64,000 nucleotides of DNA, taken from an uncultured Acidimicrobiia bacterium (GTDB lineage Bacteria; Actinomycetota; Acidimicrobiia; Spongiisociales; UBA5794). Below the pieces are notes generated by a model. That model was not told the origin of the DNA. It did not search any database and was given only the letters and a program-made list of their open reading frames with translations. Numbering within the stretch: position 1 is the first letter of the stretch; every line of letters starts with the position of its first letter. Position numbers and translations under genes: made by a program. Positions 46,251-56,141 of this stretch are shown piece after piece. The DNA is taken from contig CAVWXP010000008.1 of the NCBI GenBank assembly GCA_963759175.1, positions 10,050-74,049 on the forward strand. Direction: 5' to 3'.

Positions 46251-47150
46251 CCCGCAGCCTCCCCTATCGCTGCCACTGCGTCGTCGATTCGCCGTGCACG
46301 GTCATCCTGCCACGCCAGCCACTCAATCCGCGGATCTCGTCGGAAGAAGGTGCGTTGGCGCTTCACGAGGCCCATCGTCGCAGAGAGCACCTCCACGGTG
46401 GCCTCGGTGAGCGTCGTGTCGCCGTGCACCACGGGGATCAGCTCCTTGTACCCGACCGCCTGACGAGCCGTGCGTCCGAGCGAATCGAGCGAGACCGGCA
46501 ACCTCATCGACGAGCCCCGCTGCGACCATGTCGTCGAATCGGGCCTCGACTCGCTCCCGAACGGCCTCTCCCGGATCGATGCCGACGGCTGTGAACGACA
46601 GATAGCGGCCGATACTCGGCCACGTCAGCGGCCTTCGTTCGAAGTCGCCCGAGCCGTGGGCGTCAATCCGGTCAGCTGCTCCACTTCCACGGCTCGGATC
46701 ACACGCCGCGGATTGTCGAGGTCGACGAGCTCACCCGCGGAGGGGTCGGAGACCAGCAGGCGATCCACGAGGTCGTCGAGGTCCATGGCCTCGAGCTCTG
46801 CACGAACCGCCGGGTCCGTCGGCGCAAACGTCAACGGGTCGACGAGAGCACGGAAGTGCAGACCGGACCCGCCACAGACGATGACGCGACCCCGACGGGC
46901 GATCTCCTCATCGATCGCCGATCGCCCCAGGTCCTGGTACGTACGGACATCGAAGTCCTCGGAGGGATCAGCGACATCGACCATGCGGTAGGTGATCTCG
47001 GACCGGATGGCCGCCGATGGCTTTGCGGTTCCGATGTCCATGCCCCGATACGCCTGCATCGAGTCGATGGAAACGATCGAGGCACCGAACCGGCGTGCTG
47101 CCGCCTCGGCAACCTCGGACTTACCCGAAGCAGTCGGCCCGACGATCGCG
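46238..47150 (-). CDS. miaA: tRNA dimethylallyltransferase MiaA (frameshift between 46507 and 46625; start codon unclear)
   Basis: IVGPTASGKSEVA P-loop just after the miaB stop. SMQAYRGMDIGTAKP. C-terminal AVGYKEL region in ORF 46238..46507. Confidence 0.7.
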
Positions 47151-47157
47151 ACGATGT

Positions 47158-48546
47158 TCAGGAGACCGCCACTCCTTCGAGATAGTGCGGCGCTCCACGG
47201 GTGATGTCCACATCGAACGTCGTACCCGGTGGCCAGGTGCCCGGCACATGGACGATGCGATTTCCACGGGTTCGGGTCGTCGCCACGGCGGCATTGCGTT
47301 TCGAAGGGCCTTCGACCATGACCTGTTCCCTCTTGCCGACCTGACCGCGGTTGCGCTCGAACGTGATCTCGTTCTGGAGTTCCACAAGACGGTCGAATCG
47401 AGCCTGGACGACGTCCCTGTCAACCTGATCCGGCATCGTTGCCGCTGGCGTACCTGGTCGGGGTGAGAACTGGAACATGAAAGCGTTGTCGAACCGTCCG
47501 CGTTCCATCACGGCGAGCGTCTGGTCGAAGTCGGCCTCTGTCTCTCCGGGGAACCCGACGATGACGTCGGTCGAGGCTGCCAGGTCGGGCACGATGTTGC
47601 GCATCATCTCGAGTCGCTCGAGGAACCGCTCCGCCGTGTAGCCGCGGTGCATGGCAGCGAGGATGCGATCCGAACCGGATTGGAGCGGGAAGTGGATCTG
47701 CTCGCACACCGCAGGCGTCTCTGCCATGGCCAGGGCGACGTCCTCGCGGAAGTCCTTGGGGTGCGGGCTCGTGTACCGGATGCGCTCGATGCCGCGAACA
47801 TCGCCGACCCGCCGTAGGAGGTCAGCGAAGAGCGGTTTGCGGCCATTGAGATCGAGGTCGCGACCATACGAGTTGACGTTCTGCCCCAACAAGGTGACTT
47901 CCTTGACGCCGCTGAGTGCAAGGGCTTCGACTTCTCGTATGACGTCACCTGGGCGTCGCGAGATCTCGGCACCGCGCACGATGGGGACGATGCAAAACGT
48001 GCACGAGTTGTTGCAGCCGATCGTGATGGTGACCCATGCCGAGTGATCCGACTCCCGCAGGACCGGCAGCCCGCTCGGGATGTCGGCGGTCGACGTGGTC
48101 TCCTCCCAGATCTCGGTGACCGGTCCCCACTCCTCGGCGTGATCGAGGAGATCGACCACACGATGGACGTTGTGCGTGCCGAAGACGACGTCGACCCAAC
48201 CAGCCCGTTCCTGGATGATGTCGCGCTCCTTCTGGGCGGAACACCCTCCGACGGCGATCCTCAGGTTCGGATTGCGGTTCTTGGCCGCCTTGAGTGAGCC
48301 GAGGTATCCGTACAACTTCACATCAGCGTTCTCGCGGATCGTGCAGGTGTTCACGACGATCAGGTCGGCGCCGTCTGGTGACTCGGCAGGAACCATGCCG
48401 TCGGATTCGAGTAGCCCCGCGATCCGTTCCGAGTCGTGTTCGTTCATCTGACATCCGAACGTACGGACGAAATACGACTGACCCACGCGAGTGGGCGTGC
48501 GCACGGGCTTGACGCCCGGCATCCCGAGCATGGTGACTTCCGACAT
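47158..48546 (-). CDS. miaB: tRNA-2-methylthio-N6-dimethylallyladenosine synthase MiaB
   Basis: FVRTFGCQMNEHDSERIAGLLE (MTTase N-terminal domain), radical SAM CNNSCTFC, TRAM C-terminus. The start could be 48531. Confidence 0.85.
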   Translation of the reverse strand: MSEVTMLGMPGVKPVRTPTRVGQSYFVRTFGCQMNEHDSERIAGLLESDGMVPAESPDGADLIVVNTCTIRENADVKLYGYLGSLKAAKNRNPNLRIAVGGCSAQKERDIIQERAGWVDVVFGTHNVHRVVDLLDHAEEWGPVTEIWEETTSTADIPSGLPVLRESDHSAWVTITIGCNNSCTFCIVPIVRGAEISRRPGDVIREVEALALSGVKEVTLLGQNVNSYGRDLDLNGRKPLFADLLRRVGDVRGIERIRYTSPHPKDFREDVALAMAETPAVCEQIHFPLQSGSDRILAAMHRGYTAERFLERLEMMRNIVPDLAASTDVIVGFPGETEADFDQTLAVMERGRFDNAFMFQFSPRPGTPAATMPDQVDRDVVQARFDRLVELQNEITFERNRGQVGKREQVMVEGPSKRNAAVATTRTRGNRIVHVPGTWPPGTTFDVDITRGAPHYLEGVAVS

Positions 48547-48559
48547 GGGGCTCGCCGAT

Positions 48560-50086
48560 CTACCGGGCGTAGTCCTTGGCCCGATACTCGCGGATGACCG
48601 TGATCTCGATCTGGCCGGGATACTGTAGGTCGTCTTCGAGCTTTCGCGCGATGCGCCGTGCCAGGTCCTTGGATCCGACATCGTCGAGGCTCCCGGGATC
48701 CACCACGACCCGGACTTCGCGTCCTGCCTGGAGTGCGAAGACCTTCTCCACGCCATCGAAGCCCTGGGCGATCTCCTCGAGCCGTTCGAGCCGACGGACA
48801 TAGGCCTCGAGGGCTTCGCGCCGGGCACCCGGCCGAGCTGCCGACACGGCATCGGCCGCTTGGACGAGGACGGCCGTGAGGGTTCGCGGCTCAACCTCGT
48901 TGTGGTGGGCCTCGATCGCATGGACGATCGCTGCATCCTCGTCGAAGCGTCTGGCGATCTCGGCACCGATGAGGGCGTGGGAACCCCCGACTTCGTGGCT
49001 CACGGCCTTCCCGATGTCGTGGAGGAATGCGGCTCGCTTGGCCTCCGTGCCGTCGACGCCAAGCTCGTTGGCGAGCATCCCCGCGATGTGAGCGGATTCC
49101 ACGATGTGATCGAGGACGTTCTGCCCATAGCTGGTGCGGTACTTGAGCCGACCGACGAGAACCGTCAGTTCCGGGTGCAGGCGGGTGATGCCGACTTCGA
49201 GCATCGCCCACTCCCCCGCATCGCGGATGGACTGCTCGACCTCGTCGCGTGATTTCTCGTACGCCTCTTCGATGGACGTCGGATGGATGCGTCCATCCTC
49301 CACGAGACGCTCGAGCGCGCGACGTGCGATCTCGCGACGCACCGGATCGAAGGTGGAGACGGCGACCGACTCCGGTGTGTCGTCGACGATCAGGTCCACT
49401 CCGGTCACGGCCTCGAACGTTCGAATGTTGCGACCGTCCCTACCGATGATCCGACCCTTCATGTCGTCGGACGGGAGCGGCACCGACGCCATCGTGGTCT
49501 CCGACACGACATCCGATGCCATCCTCTGAATCACCGTCGCAAGGATCCTTCGGCCTCGCTTCTCGGCCTCCTCACGGGCACGGCTCTCCATGTCGCGTAC
49601 GAGGACCATGGCGTCGCGCCGTGCCTCGTCCTCCACCTTCTGGAGCAGCTCCTCCTTCGCCGCCCGCGAATCGAACCCTGCGAGGGCCTCCAACTCGAGG
49701 CGTGCCTCCTCCTGGGATCGAGCCGCCTCGGCCATGGCATCAGATGCCGCCCGCTCCTTGTCGATGACCAGCTCCTCGCGCTGGGCGAGGTTCGCCGCCC
49801 GCTGCTCGAGCGTTGCTTCGCGTTGTTCGATGCGGCCCTCCATCGTCCCCATCTCGACACGACGATGCTCGATCGTGGCTTCCTCTCGGTCGCGATACGT
49901 ATCAGCGAGCGCACGCGCCTCTTCCTGGGCACGGGCGAGGATGCGCTGGGCTTCCATGCGTGCATCGCCGAGCACCTCTTCGGGTGCCGGCGGTTGCTTG
50001 ACGATTCGTCGTCCGACGAGCAGGCCTGCGACGAACATCCCGGCAACGACCAATCCGGGTATCAGCAGGTTGAGGGCCTGGTCCAT
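48560..50086 (-). CDS. rny: ribonuclease Y
   Basis: N-terminal TM helix, long coiled coil, KH domain (GRIIGRDGRNIRTFEAVTGVDLIVDD) and HD domain (HDIGK...). Confidence 0.85.
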   Translation of the reverse strand: MDQALNLLIPGLVVAGMFVAGLLVGRRIVKQPPAPEEVLGDARMEAQRILARAQEEARALADTYRDREEATIEHRRVEMGTMEGRIEQREATLEQRAANLAQREELVIDKERAASDAMAEAARSQEEARLELEALAGFDSRAAKEELLQKVEDEARRDAMVLVRDMESRAREEAEKRGRRILATVIQRMASDVVSETTMASVPLPSDDMKGRIIGRDGRNIRTFEAVTGVDLIVDDTPESVAVSTFDPVRREIARRALERLVEDGRIHPTSIEEAYEKSRDEVEQSIRDAGEWAMLEVGITRLHPELTVLVGRLKYRTSYGQNVLDHIVESAHIAGMLANELGVDGTEAKRAAFLHDIGKAVSHEVGGSHALIGAEIARRFDEDAAIVHAIEAHHNEVEPRTLTAVLVQAADAVSAARPGARREALEAYVRRLERLEEIAQGFDGVEKVFALQAGREVRVVVDPGSLDDVGSKDLARRIARKLEDDLQYPGQIEITVIREYRAKDYAR

Positions 50087-50305
50087 GCGTCCTCGTTTCC
50101 TCCGATACGGAAACGAACGTGCCGAGCTACACGAGCTCGGCACTCACAGCACATGTAGTTGATGGAGCGGGAGCTACCCCGGGCGATCACCTCATGGTGC
50201 GTTGTTGTTCGTCACGGTTGGAGTATCGGTTTCAGTAGTGGTGTGTATGTGAATGCCCTCGGATGGTACCGCATGGGGCCGTGTCTCGGAGCACATTCCT
50301 CGCGG

Positions 50306-51370
50306 TCACTCCTCGTCGGGCGCCTCGGTTTCGGCGGTCGCGACGGCGTCAGTGGCTTCGGCTTCGTCGTCCACGATCACCCCGACCGCACGGAGTACCT
50401 GATCCTGCAGCTGCATCGCCAGTTCCGGGTTCTGGCGGAGGAAGTCCTTCGCCTTCTCACGGCCCTGTCCGAGCTGTTCGTTCTCGTAGGTGAACCACGC
50501 TCCTGCCTTGCGAACGATGCCTTCCTCGACGGCGACGTCGAGCAGGCTTCCCTCACGCGAGATGCCCTCGCCGAACATGATGTCGAACTCGGCGATACGG
50601 AACGGCGGAGCGACCTTGTTCTTCACGATCTTGGTGCGCACCCGGTTCCCGATGTTCTCGGTCCCGACCTTGATGGCCTCGATGCGTCGGATGTCGATGC
50701 GAACACTCGAGTAGAACTTGAGGGCTCGGCCACCGGGGGTCGTCTCCGGCGAGCCGAACATGACACCGATCTTCTCGCGCAGCTGATTGATGAAGATCGC
50801 GGTCGTGTCGGATCGGTTGATGGTCCCGGCGAGCTTGCGCAGCGCCTGGGACATGAGCCGTGCCTGGAGGCCGACGTGGGTGTCACCCATGTCGCCTTCG
50901 AGCTCGGCACGGGGTACGAGGGCTGCCACCGAATCGATCACGACCACGTCGAGGGCACCCGACCGGATCAGCATGTCGGCGATCTCGAGGGCCTGTTCCC
51001 CGGTGTCGGGCTGAGCGATGAGCAGTTCGTCGATGTCGACCCCGATGGCGCGGGCATAGCTGGGATCCAGGGCGTGCTCTGCGTCGATGAATGCCGCCGT
51101 ACCGCCGTTGCGCTGCGCTTCTGCGACGACGTGAAGGGCGAGGGATGTCTTGCCGGAGGACTCGGGACCGTAGATCTCGACGATGCGGCCGCGGGGCACC
51201 CCACCGATGCCGAGGGCGAGGTCGAGCGAGAGGGCGCCCGTGGGGATGGCCTTGATCCTCGTGATCTGGTCGGTGCCGAGGCGCATGATGGCACCCGTAC
51301 CGAACTGCCGTTCGATCTGGGACATCGCCATCTCGAGGTTCTTGTCCTTGTCGGTGTCCTTCGTCGCCAT
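50306..51370 (-). CDS. recA: recombinase RecA
   Basis: [12 protein letters not shown] Walker A; classic RecA throughout. Confidence 0.95.
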   Translation of the reverse strand: MATKDTDKDKNLEMAMSQIERQFGTGAIMRLGTDQITRIKAIPTGALSLDLALGIGGVPRGRIVEIYGPESSGKTSLALHVVAEAQRNGGTAAFIDAEHALDPSYARAIGVDIDELLIAQPDTGEQALEIADMLIRSGALDVVVIDSVAALVPRAELEGDMGDTHVGLQARLMSQALRKLAGTINRSDTTAIFINQLREKIGVMFGSPETTPGGRALKFYSSVRIDIRRIEAIKVGTENIGNRVRTKIVKNKVAPPFRIAEFDIMFGEGISREGSLLDVAVEEGIVRKAGAWFTYENEQLGQGREKAKDFLRQNPELAMQLQDQVLRAVGVIVDDEAEATDAVATAETEAPDEE

Positions 51371-51466
51371 GGTTTCCCTTTCTCTGTGGTGTCCGACACG
51401 GTATCGAGTGCCTGTGACACGATCGCGTCGGACGACCATCCGGGTGCAATCGTCACGCCATGGTAA

Positions 51467-51482
51467 CCGAACAGACGTTCGA
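51467..51482. promoter_or_regulatory. LexA (SOS) box cCGAACagacGTTCGA upstream of recA
   Basis: Consensus match, about 97 bp upstream of the recA start. Confidence 0.7.
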
Positions 51483-51494
51483 TGCGAGTATTTC

Positions 51495-51623
51495 GAGCTA
51501 TGAGCTTTGAGCTGTGAGCTCATGAGCCATGAGCGCGGCGGTTGGCGGTCGACGGTCCTTCCTGCTGTGAACCGTGAACCGTGAACTGTGAACCGAACTC
51601 AAAGCTCAAAGCTCAAAGCTCAG
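51495..51623. repeat. cluster of tandem heptamers (6x TGAGCTN, 4x GTGAACC, 3x CAAAGCT) with a 13-bp long-range inverted repeat TGAGCTTTGAGCT / AGCTCAAAGCTCA
   Basis: Seen in sequence between the thpR stop and the recA SOS box. Confidence 0.6.
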
Positions 51624-51641
51624 CCCCTTCCACCAGTGTGG

Positions 51642-52196
51642 TCAGCTGGCGAGGGGGAACCGTTCGAGCGGGGTGTAGGTGATCCCGCGAGGCGTGGGGT
51701 CGGTCCGGAACAGGGTGACCGCATCGACGCGGAACGGGACCGTGAACTCGGCGAAGGAGTCGAGGAGCTTGCGCACGTCCCTGGGCGGCCGCACTCGTGC
51801 GAGGGTGATGTGGGGCACGAAACGTCGTTCGGTGGGTTCGAGGCCCGCGTCCCTGCACGCCGCTTCGCAATGTGCGGCAACATCATCGAGCACACCGGAG
51901 ACATCATCGATCGCGACGTGGATGACGGCTGCCTTCGATGGTCGTGGGAAGGCGCCGAGACCGCTGCATCGGACCGACCCGGGAGGCACCGGTATCGCAT
52001 CGCCGAGCTCGTGCGACACACGGTCGACCTCGAGGTCATCGATCGGCCCCAGGAATCTGACCGTCACGTGCCAGTTCGCAGGAACGACTCGTTTCCCCGG
52101 TATGACCGGGCCCGGACTCGCCGTGTCGAGGGACGCAGCGAGTCGGTGACGGACTTCGTCGGACAGGTCGACGGCCAGGAAGGCATTGCCCGTCAC
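51642..52196 (-). CDS. thpR: RNA 2',3'-cyclic phosphodiesterase (ThpR/LigT, 2H family)
   Basis: Two H-x-T/S-x motifs (HVTVRFLG; HITLARV). GTGA overlap with the cinA stop. Confidence 0.7.
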   Translation of the reverse strand: MTGNAFLAVDLSDEVRHRLAASLDTASPGPVIPGKRVVPANWHVTVRFLGPIDDLEVDRVSHELGDAIPVPPGSVRCSGLGAFPRPSKAAVIHVAIDDVSGVLDDVAAHCEAACRDAGLEPTERRFVPHITLARVRPPRDVRKLLDSFAEFTVPFRVDAVTLFRTDPTPRGITYTPLERFPLAS

Positions 52197-53431
52197 GAGT
52201 CTGCGATGGCCAATCGGAGGTGGTGCAGAGCCGCCGTCGACGTGTAGGTCCTGACCCGTTCGCGATCGCCTGGCATCCGGATGGTCCTGGCCCGCTCGAG
52301 CGTCGGCGTGGCGACGGCGACGCACATCGTTCCCACGTCGCGTTCGAGCGGTTCGGGCCCCGCCGACCCGGTGACGGACACTGCGACGTCGACGCCGAGG
52401 CGTTCCCGCGCTCCGCGCACCATCTCGAGCGCTGTCTCCTCCGAGACCACACCGTGGGTTTCCATGACAGCCACCGGAACAGCGAGCAACGACGCCTTGA
52501 CGTCGGGCGCGTAGGAAACGATCGACCCCCGGAACGTCGCGCTGCAACCGGGGACCGATGTCAAGCGACCAGCGATCATCCCACCGGTGGCGGATTCGGC
52601 CGTTCCAACGGTCCAGTTGCGCTCGAGCAGCATCTGGTGGATGACGGCCTCGATCGTGTCCTCATCCGCACCGAACACGTGCGACCCGAGGCGGTCGCGC
52701 ACGATGTCCTCGACCGGACCGATGAGCGATCGGGCCGCATCCGGCGTCGGTGCGCGTGCCGTGAGCCGGACCTTGATCTCGCCTGACGAAGCCAGGAAGG
52801 CGACGGTGGGGTTCTCCGACGCGCCGAAGAGATCCTCGAACAGCTCCCCGACGGCGGCCTCGGACATCCCCCAGCTGCGGATCAGGCGACTCATCACGAC
52901 GCCGTCGACGTCGCCGGAGAGCTCCTGGAAGAACGGAAGGACCTGCTCGTCGAGCATCGGCAGCATCTCAGCCGGCACGCCCGGAAGACTGGCGACCCAG
53001 CAGCCGTCGATCTCGATGAGAAAGCCCGGTGCGCTGCCCTTGTCGTTGCGAATCACTTCGGCGCCCTCTGGCCGGTACGCCTGACGCAGGTTCGAGGACG
53101 GGAAGTCGCGCCCGAGGGCTTGCCACCGTTGCCGCATCGCATCGGCGTACGCATCGTCGTAGGTGAGGGGAACGCGAGCTACCTCAGCCACCACCTCGCG
53201 CGTGATGTCGTCCTGTGTCGGGCCGATGCCGCCGGTGATGATGAGGGCATCGGAGCGACGGATGGCGGCGGAGATGGCCTCGGCCATGCGTTCAGCGTTG
53301 TCGCCGACGACGACCTGATGGTGGTGGCTGAATCCCCGATCGGCGAGACGCTGGGCGATCGCCGTGGCGTTGCTGTTGACGATCTGGCCGAGAAGGAGCT
53401 CGGTTCCGACGGCGAGGATCTCGACGTTCAC
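52193..53431 (-). CDS. cinA: CinA (competence/damage-inducible protein; NMN deamidase domain)
   Basis: VNVEILAVGTELLLGQIVNSNA MoCF-biosynthesis-like N-terminal domain plus C-terminal CinA domain. GTGA overlap with the rimO stop. Confidence 0.85.
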   Translation of the reverse strand: MNVEILAVGTELLLGQIVNSNATAIAQRLADRGFSHHHQVVVGDNAERMAEAISAAIRRSDALIITGGIGPTQDDITREVVAEVARVPLTYDDAYADAMRQRWQALGRDFPSSNLRQAYRPEGAEVIRNDKGSAPGFLIEIDGCWVASLPGVPAEMLPMLDEQVLPFFQELSGDVDGVVMSRLIRSWGMSEAAVGELFEDLFGASENPTVAFLASSGEIKVRLTARAPTPDAARSLIGPVEDIVRDRLGSHVFGADEDTIEAVIHQMLLERNWTVGTAESATGGMIAGRLTSVPGCSATFRGSIVSYAPDVKASLLAVPVAVMETHGVVSEETALEMVRGARERLGVDVAVSVTGSAGPEPLERDVGTMCVAVATPTLERARTIRMPGDRERVRTYTSTAALHHLRLAIADS

Positions 53432-54765
53432 GACACGACCGTTGCCGACGTGTCCGCTCCGTACACACCGTCGATCGTGGCGCGCACCCACTGCCCTGCC
53501 GTGCCGCGGTCGAGCACGATCATGCCATCGATCTCGGGAGCCTCCCGGTACGAGCGACCGACAGGAGTGCCGTCCTCGACCTGGTCCACCAACACGTCGA
53601 CGGTCGATCCGACGGAAGCTGCGTTCTCGCCGGCCGTGATGTCGTCCTGGAGTCGCTGGAGGTACCTGAGCCGCTCCTCGATCGCGGTGCGATCCACCTG
53701 GTCCGGCAGCTCGGCGGCGGTGGTTCCGTCCTCGAGCGAGTACGGGAAGAAGCCAGCCCACGACAGGCGCGCCTCCGAGAGGAACGACGCGAGCTCCTCC
53801 ACGTCATCATCCGTTTCCCCGGGGTATCCGACGATGAAGCTGGATCGGGTTGCGGCGGCGGGGGCTGCCGTACGGATCCGTGAGATGAGGTCGAGGTGCT
53901 GCTCGCCACTCCCGGGCCGACGCATGGATCGCAACAGGTTCGCCGAGGCATGCTGGAGCGACAGGTCGAAGTAGTCGGCGATCACGTCGTGGCCGGCCAT
54001 GAGGTCGATCAGGCCCTGGCGGATCTCCCTGGGATACAGGTAGTAGAGCCGAAGGCGCCGCAGGTCCGGCACGTCCGCGGCGCTTGCGACGAGGCGTTCG
54101 ATCGACCCGGCACCGTTGTCCCTGCCGTAGGCGGCGAGATCCTGTGCCACGAGGACGATCTCCTGCACACCCTGGGACGTGAGTCCCTCGATCTCGGCGA
54201 TGATGCCGTCATGGGCCCTGGACCGTTGCTTGCCCCGGATGAGCGGTATCGCACAGAACGAGCAGGTCTTGTTGCACCCCTCGGCGACCTTCACGTACGC
54301 ATAGGGGGTGGAGGGGGTTGGGCGAGCGACGACGTCGAGGATGTCCATCTTGGAGCTCCGCACACCGGTGATGGAGATCGGTTCCCACGTCTCGCGATAG
54401 TGGGTCATCCGATCGAGCTCTCCGACGAGTTCGGGGTATCGGTCCAACCCGATCACCGCATCGGCCTCGGGAAGTGCCTCGATCAGCTCCTGCTCGTATC
54501 GCTGGGCCATGCAGCCCATCACTACGAGCTTCGCGTCGGCGCGTTTGGCCCCGGCCAGATCGAGGATGGTCTCGACGGACTCCCGCCTCGCGGCATCGAT
54601 GAAGCCGCATGTATTGACCATCACGACGTCGGCCGTCGCCGGATCATCGGCATCCACATAGCCCGCCTGGCCGATCACCGAGGCGATCTTGTCGGAGTCG
54701 ACCTGGTTCTTGGAGCATCCGAGCGTGGTGATCCACACGGTCGGTTGGGTGGTGGGAAGGGCCAT
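53428..54765 (-). CDS. rimO: ribosomal protein S12 methylthiotransferase RimO
   Basis: VWITTLGCSKNQVDSDK N-terminus, radical SAM CNKTCSFC and a TRAM-like C-terminus. About 445 aa. Confidence 0.8.
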   Translation of the reverse strand: MALPTTQPTVWITTLGCSKNQVDSDKIASVIGQAGYVDADDPATADVVMVNTCGFIDAARRESVETILDLAGAKRADAKLVVMGCMAQRYEQELIEALPEADAVIGLDRYPELVGELDRMTHYRETWEPISITGVRSSKMDILDVVARPTPSTPYAYVKVAEGCNKTCSFCAIPLIRGKQRSRAHDGIIAEIEGLTSQGVQEIVLVAQDLAAYGRDNGAGSIERLVASAADVPDLRRLRLYYLYPREIRQGLIDLMAGHDVIADYFDLSLQHASANLLRSMRRPGSGEQHLDLISRIRTAAPAAATRSSFIVGYPGETDDDVEELASFLSEARLSWAGFFPYSLEDGTTAAELPDQVDRTAIEERLRYLQRLQDDITAGENAASVGSTVDVLVDQVEDGTPVGRSYREAPEIDGMIVLDRGTAGQWVRATIDGVYGADTSATVVS

Positions 54766-54804
54766 CCGTGGGAGCGTACTTGGACGGGGAGGTTGACGGC
54801 CTGC

Positions 54805-55686
54805 TCAGTCGAGGGGCACAAGACGGCCGACTCGTCGCCGAAACGCGATCCTCTCGGTGTATCCGACGGATCGGGCGAGTTCGATGGCTCGGTCACGATC
54901 CCTGCCGCAGTCCTGCGGGTAGTGGGCATCGGATGCCAGCGTGATCGGCACCGCATGGTTGTGGAACCGTCGGAGGAGCTCGGGGGACGGGTACATCTCC
55001 CCGGCCGGCTGGTACAGCCCGGCCGTCGACACCTCGACCGCGGTCCCGCCCCGCGCCGCCGCCACCGCGAGCTCCTCGTACAGGTCGAACGGTGTCTGCT
55101 CGAGGAACACGCCCTGCTTCTTGACGACATCGGCATGGGCGAGAACGTCGAACAGGCCCGACGCAGCGAGTTGGGTCTCGATGGCGAAGTAGTCCTCGTA
55201 GGCAGCTCGCGCACCCCGGTTGTCGAATTCGAATCGCTGCTCAGGGAGGTCGATGCCCCACGCGCCGATCCAATGCGTCGAGGCGATCAGGACGTCGAAC
55301 GGGTAGGGGGCGAGAAAGGCCGCTATCTCGTCTGCGACCTCAGGGAAGTAATCGACCTCGAGACCGAGGAGGACAGGGAGTCCACGATCCTTCGCGTCGA
55401 CGACTGCCTGGACGTACCGTTCGAGCGACAGGACACGCTCGGAGCGCACGTAGGCGCTGGTCGCCGCTGCCAGATCCGTACGTGGGTCGTTCGCCCACCA
55501 TGCCCCGAGGACGTCCTTGGACTCGATGCATCGGTAGAGATGCTCCGTGAACGCGATCTCCGTCGCTCCTCTCGCGGCTGCGGCCTCCACGTAGGCCTCG
55601 ATGTGATCGATCGGGTAGTGGCCCGGCGGCGGACCGACCCCTTCGTAGGGCCCATGGGGGTGGAGGTGCACGTGATAGTCGCCCAT
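54805..55686 (-). CDS. PHP-family histidinol-phosphatase (HisK-like)
   Basis: MGDYHVHLH... and His/Asp/Glu metal ligands of the PHP fold. Confidence 0.7.
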   Translation of the reverse strand: MGDYHVHLHPHGPYEGVGPPPGHYPIDHIEAYVEAAAARGATEIAFTEHLYRCIESKDVLGAWWANDPRTDLAAATSAYVRSERVLSLERYVQAVVDAKDRGLPVLLGLEVDYFPEVADEIAAFLAPYPFDVLIASTHWIGAWGIDLPEQRFEFDNRGARAAYEDYFAIETQLAASGLFDVLAHADVVKKQGVFLEQTPFDLYEELAVAAARGGTAVEVSTAGLYQPAGEMYPSPELLRRFHNHAVPITLASDAHYPQDCGRDRDRAIELARSVGYTERIAFRRRVGRLVPLD

Positions 55687-55717
55687 CGCGACGAGCGTAG
55701 CCCCGTGGCGGCAGGGT

Positions 55718-56131
55718 TCAGTTTGCGTCTGGCGTGTCCACACCGCGGTCGGTCAGGATGCCCTTGATCACGCCGATGCGTGCCGTGATGCGGGGCAGTC
55801 CGTGGGCATCGCCGATCCCTTTGTTGATCTGCACGCCGCCGAGGTTCCCCATCTCTGACGTCGTGGCGCCGCCGCCACCGGCCTGGGTGACGAGGTCGAT
55901 CCGCTGCTTCTCGATCGCCCGCACCTGGGAGCGCAGACCGGCCAGTTCGGCGAGGAGCTCCTCCGTGCTCCTCGCTGCATCGAGGGGGTTGTCACTCGAA
56001 CGGGCGATCGCCCTCAGGTCGTCCTGGCGTTTCTGGAGTTCGTACCGCTCGGCGAAGGCGTCCCGCGGGAGGTCGATCAGCTGCTTCTGGATGTCGGCGA
56101 GTTCCCTGGTGATGTCGTGCGATGCATCCAT
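55718..56131 (-). CDS. hypothetical coiled-coil protein
   Basis: 137 aa ORF from the internal Met. No motif. Confidence 0.35.
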   Translation of the reverse strand: MDASHDITRELADIQKQLIDLPRDAFAERYELQKRQDDLRAIARSSDNPLDAARSTEELLAELAGLRSQVRAIEKQRIDLVTQAGGGGATTSEMGNLGGVQINKGIGDAHGLPRITARIGVIKGILTDRGVDTPDAN

Positions 56132-56141
56132 GGACGTGACG

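Noticed and set aside
47158-48966. N-terminal 140 codons of the miaB ORF
   Set aside because: Overlaps the rny 3' end. The MiaB N-terminal domain begins at about 48546.
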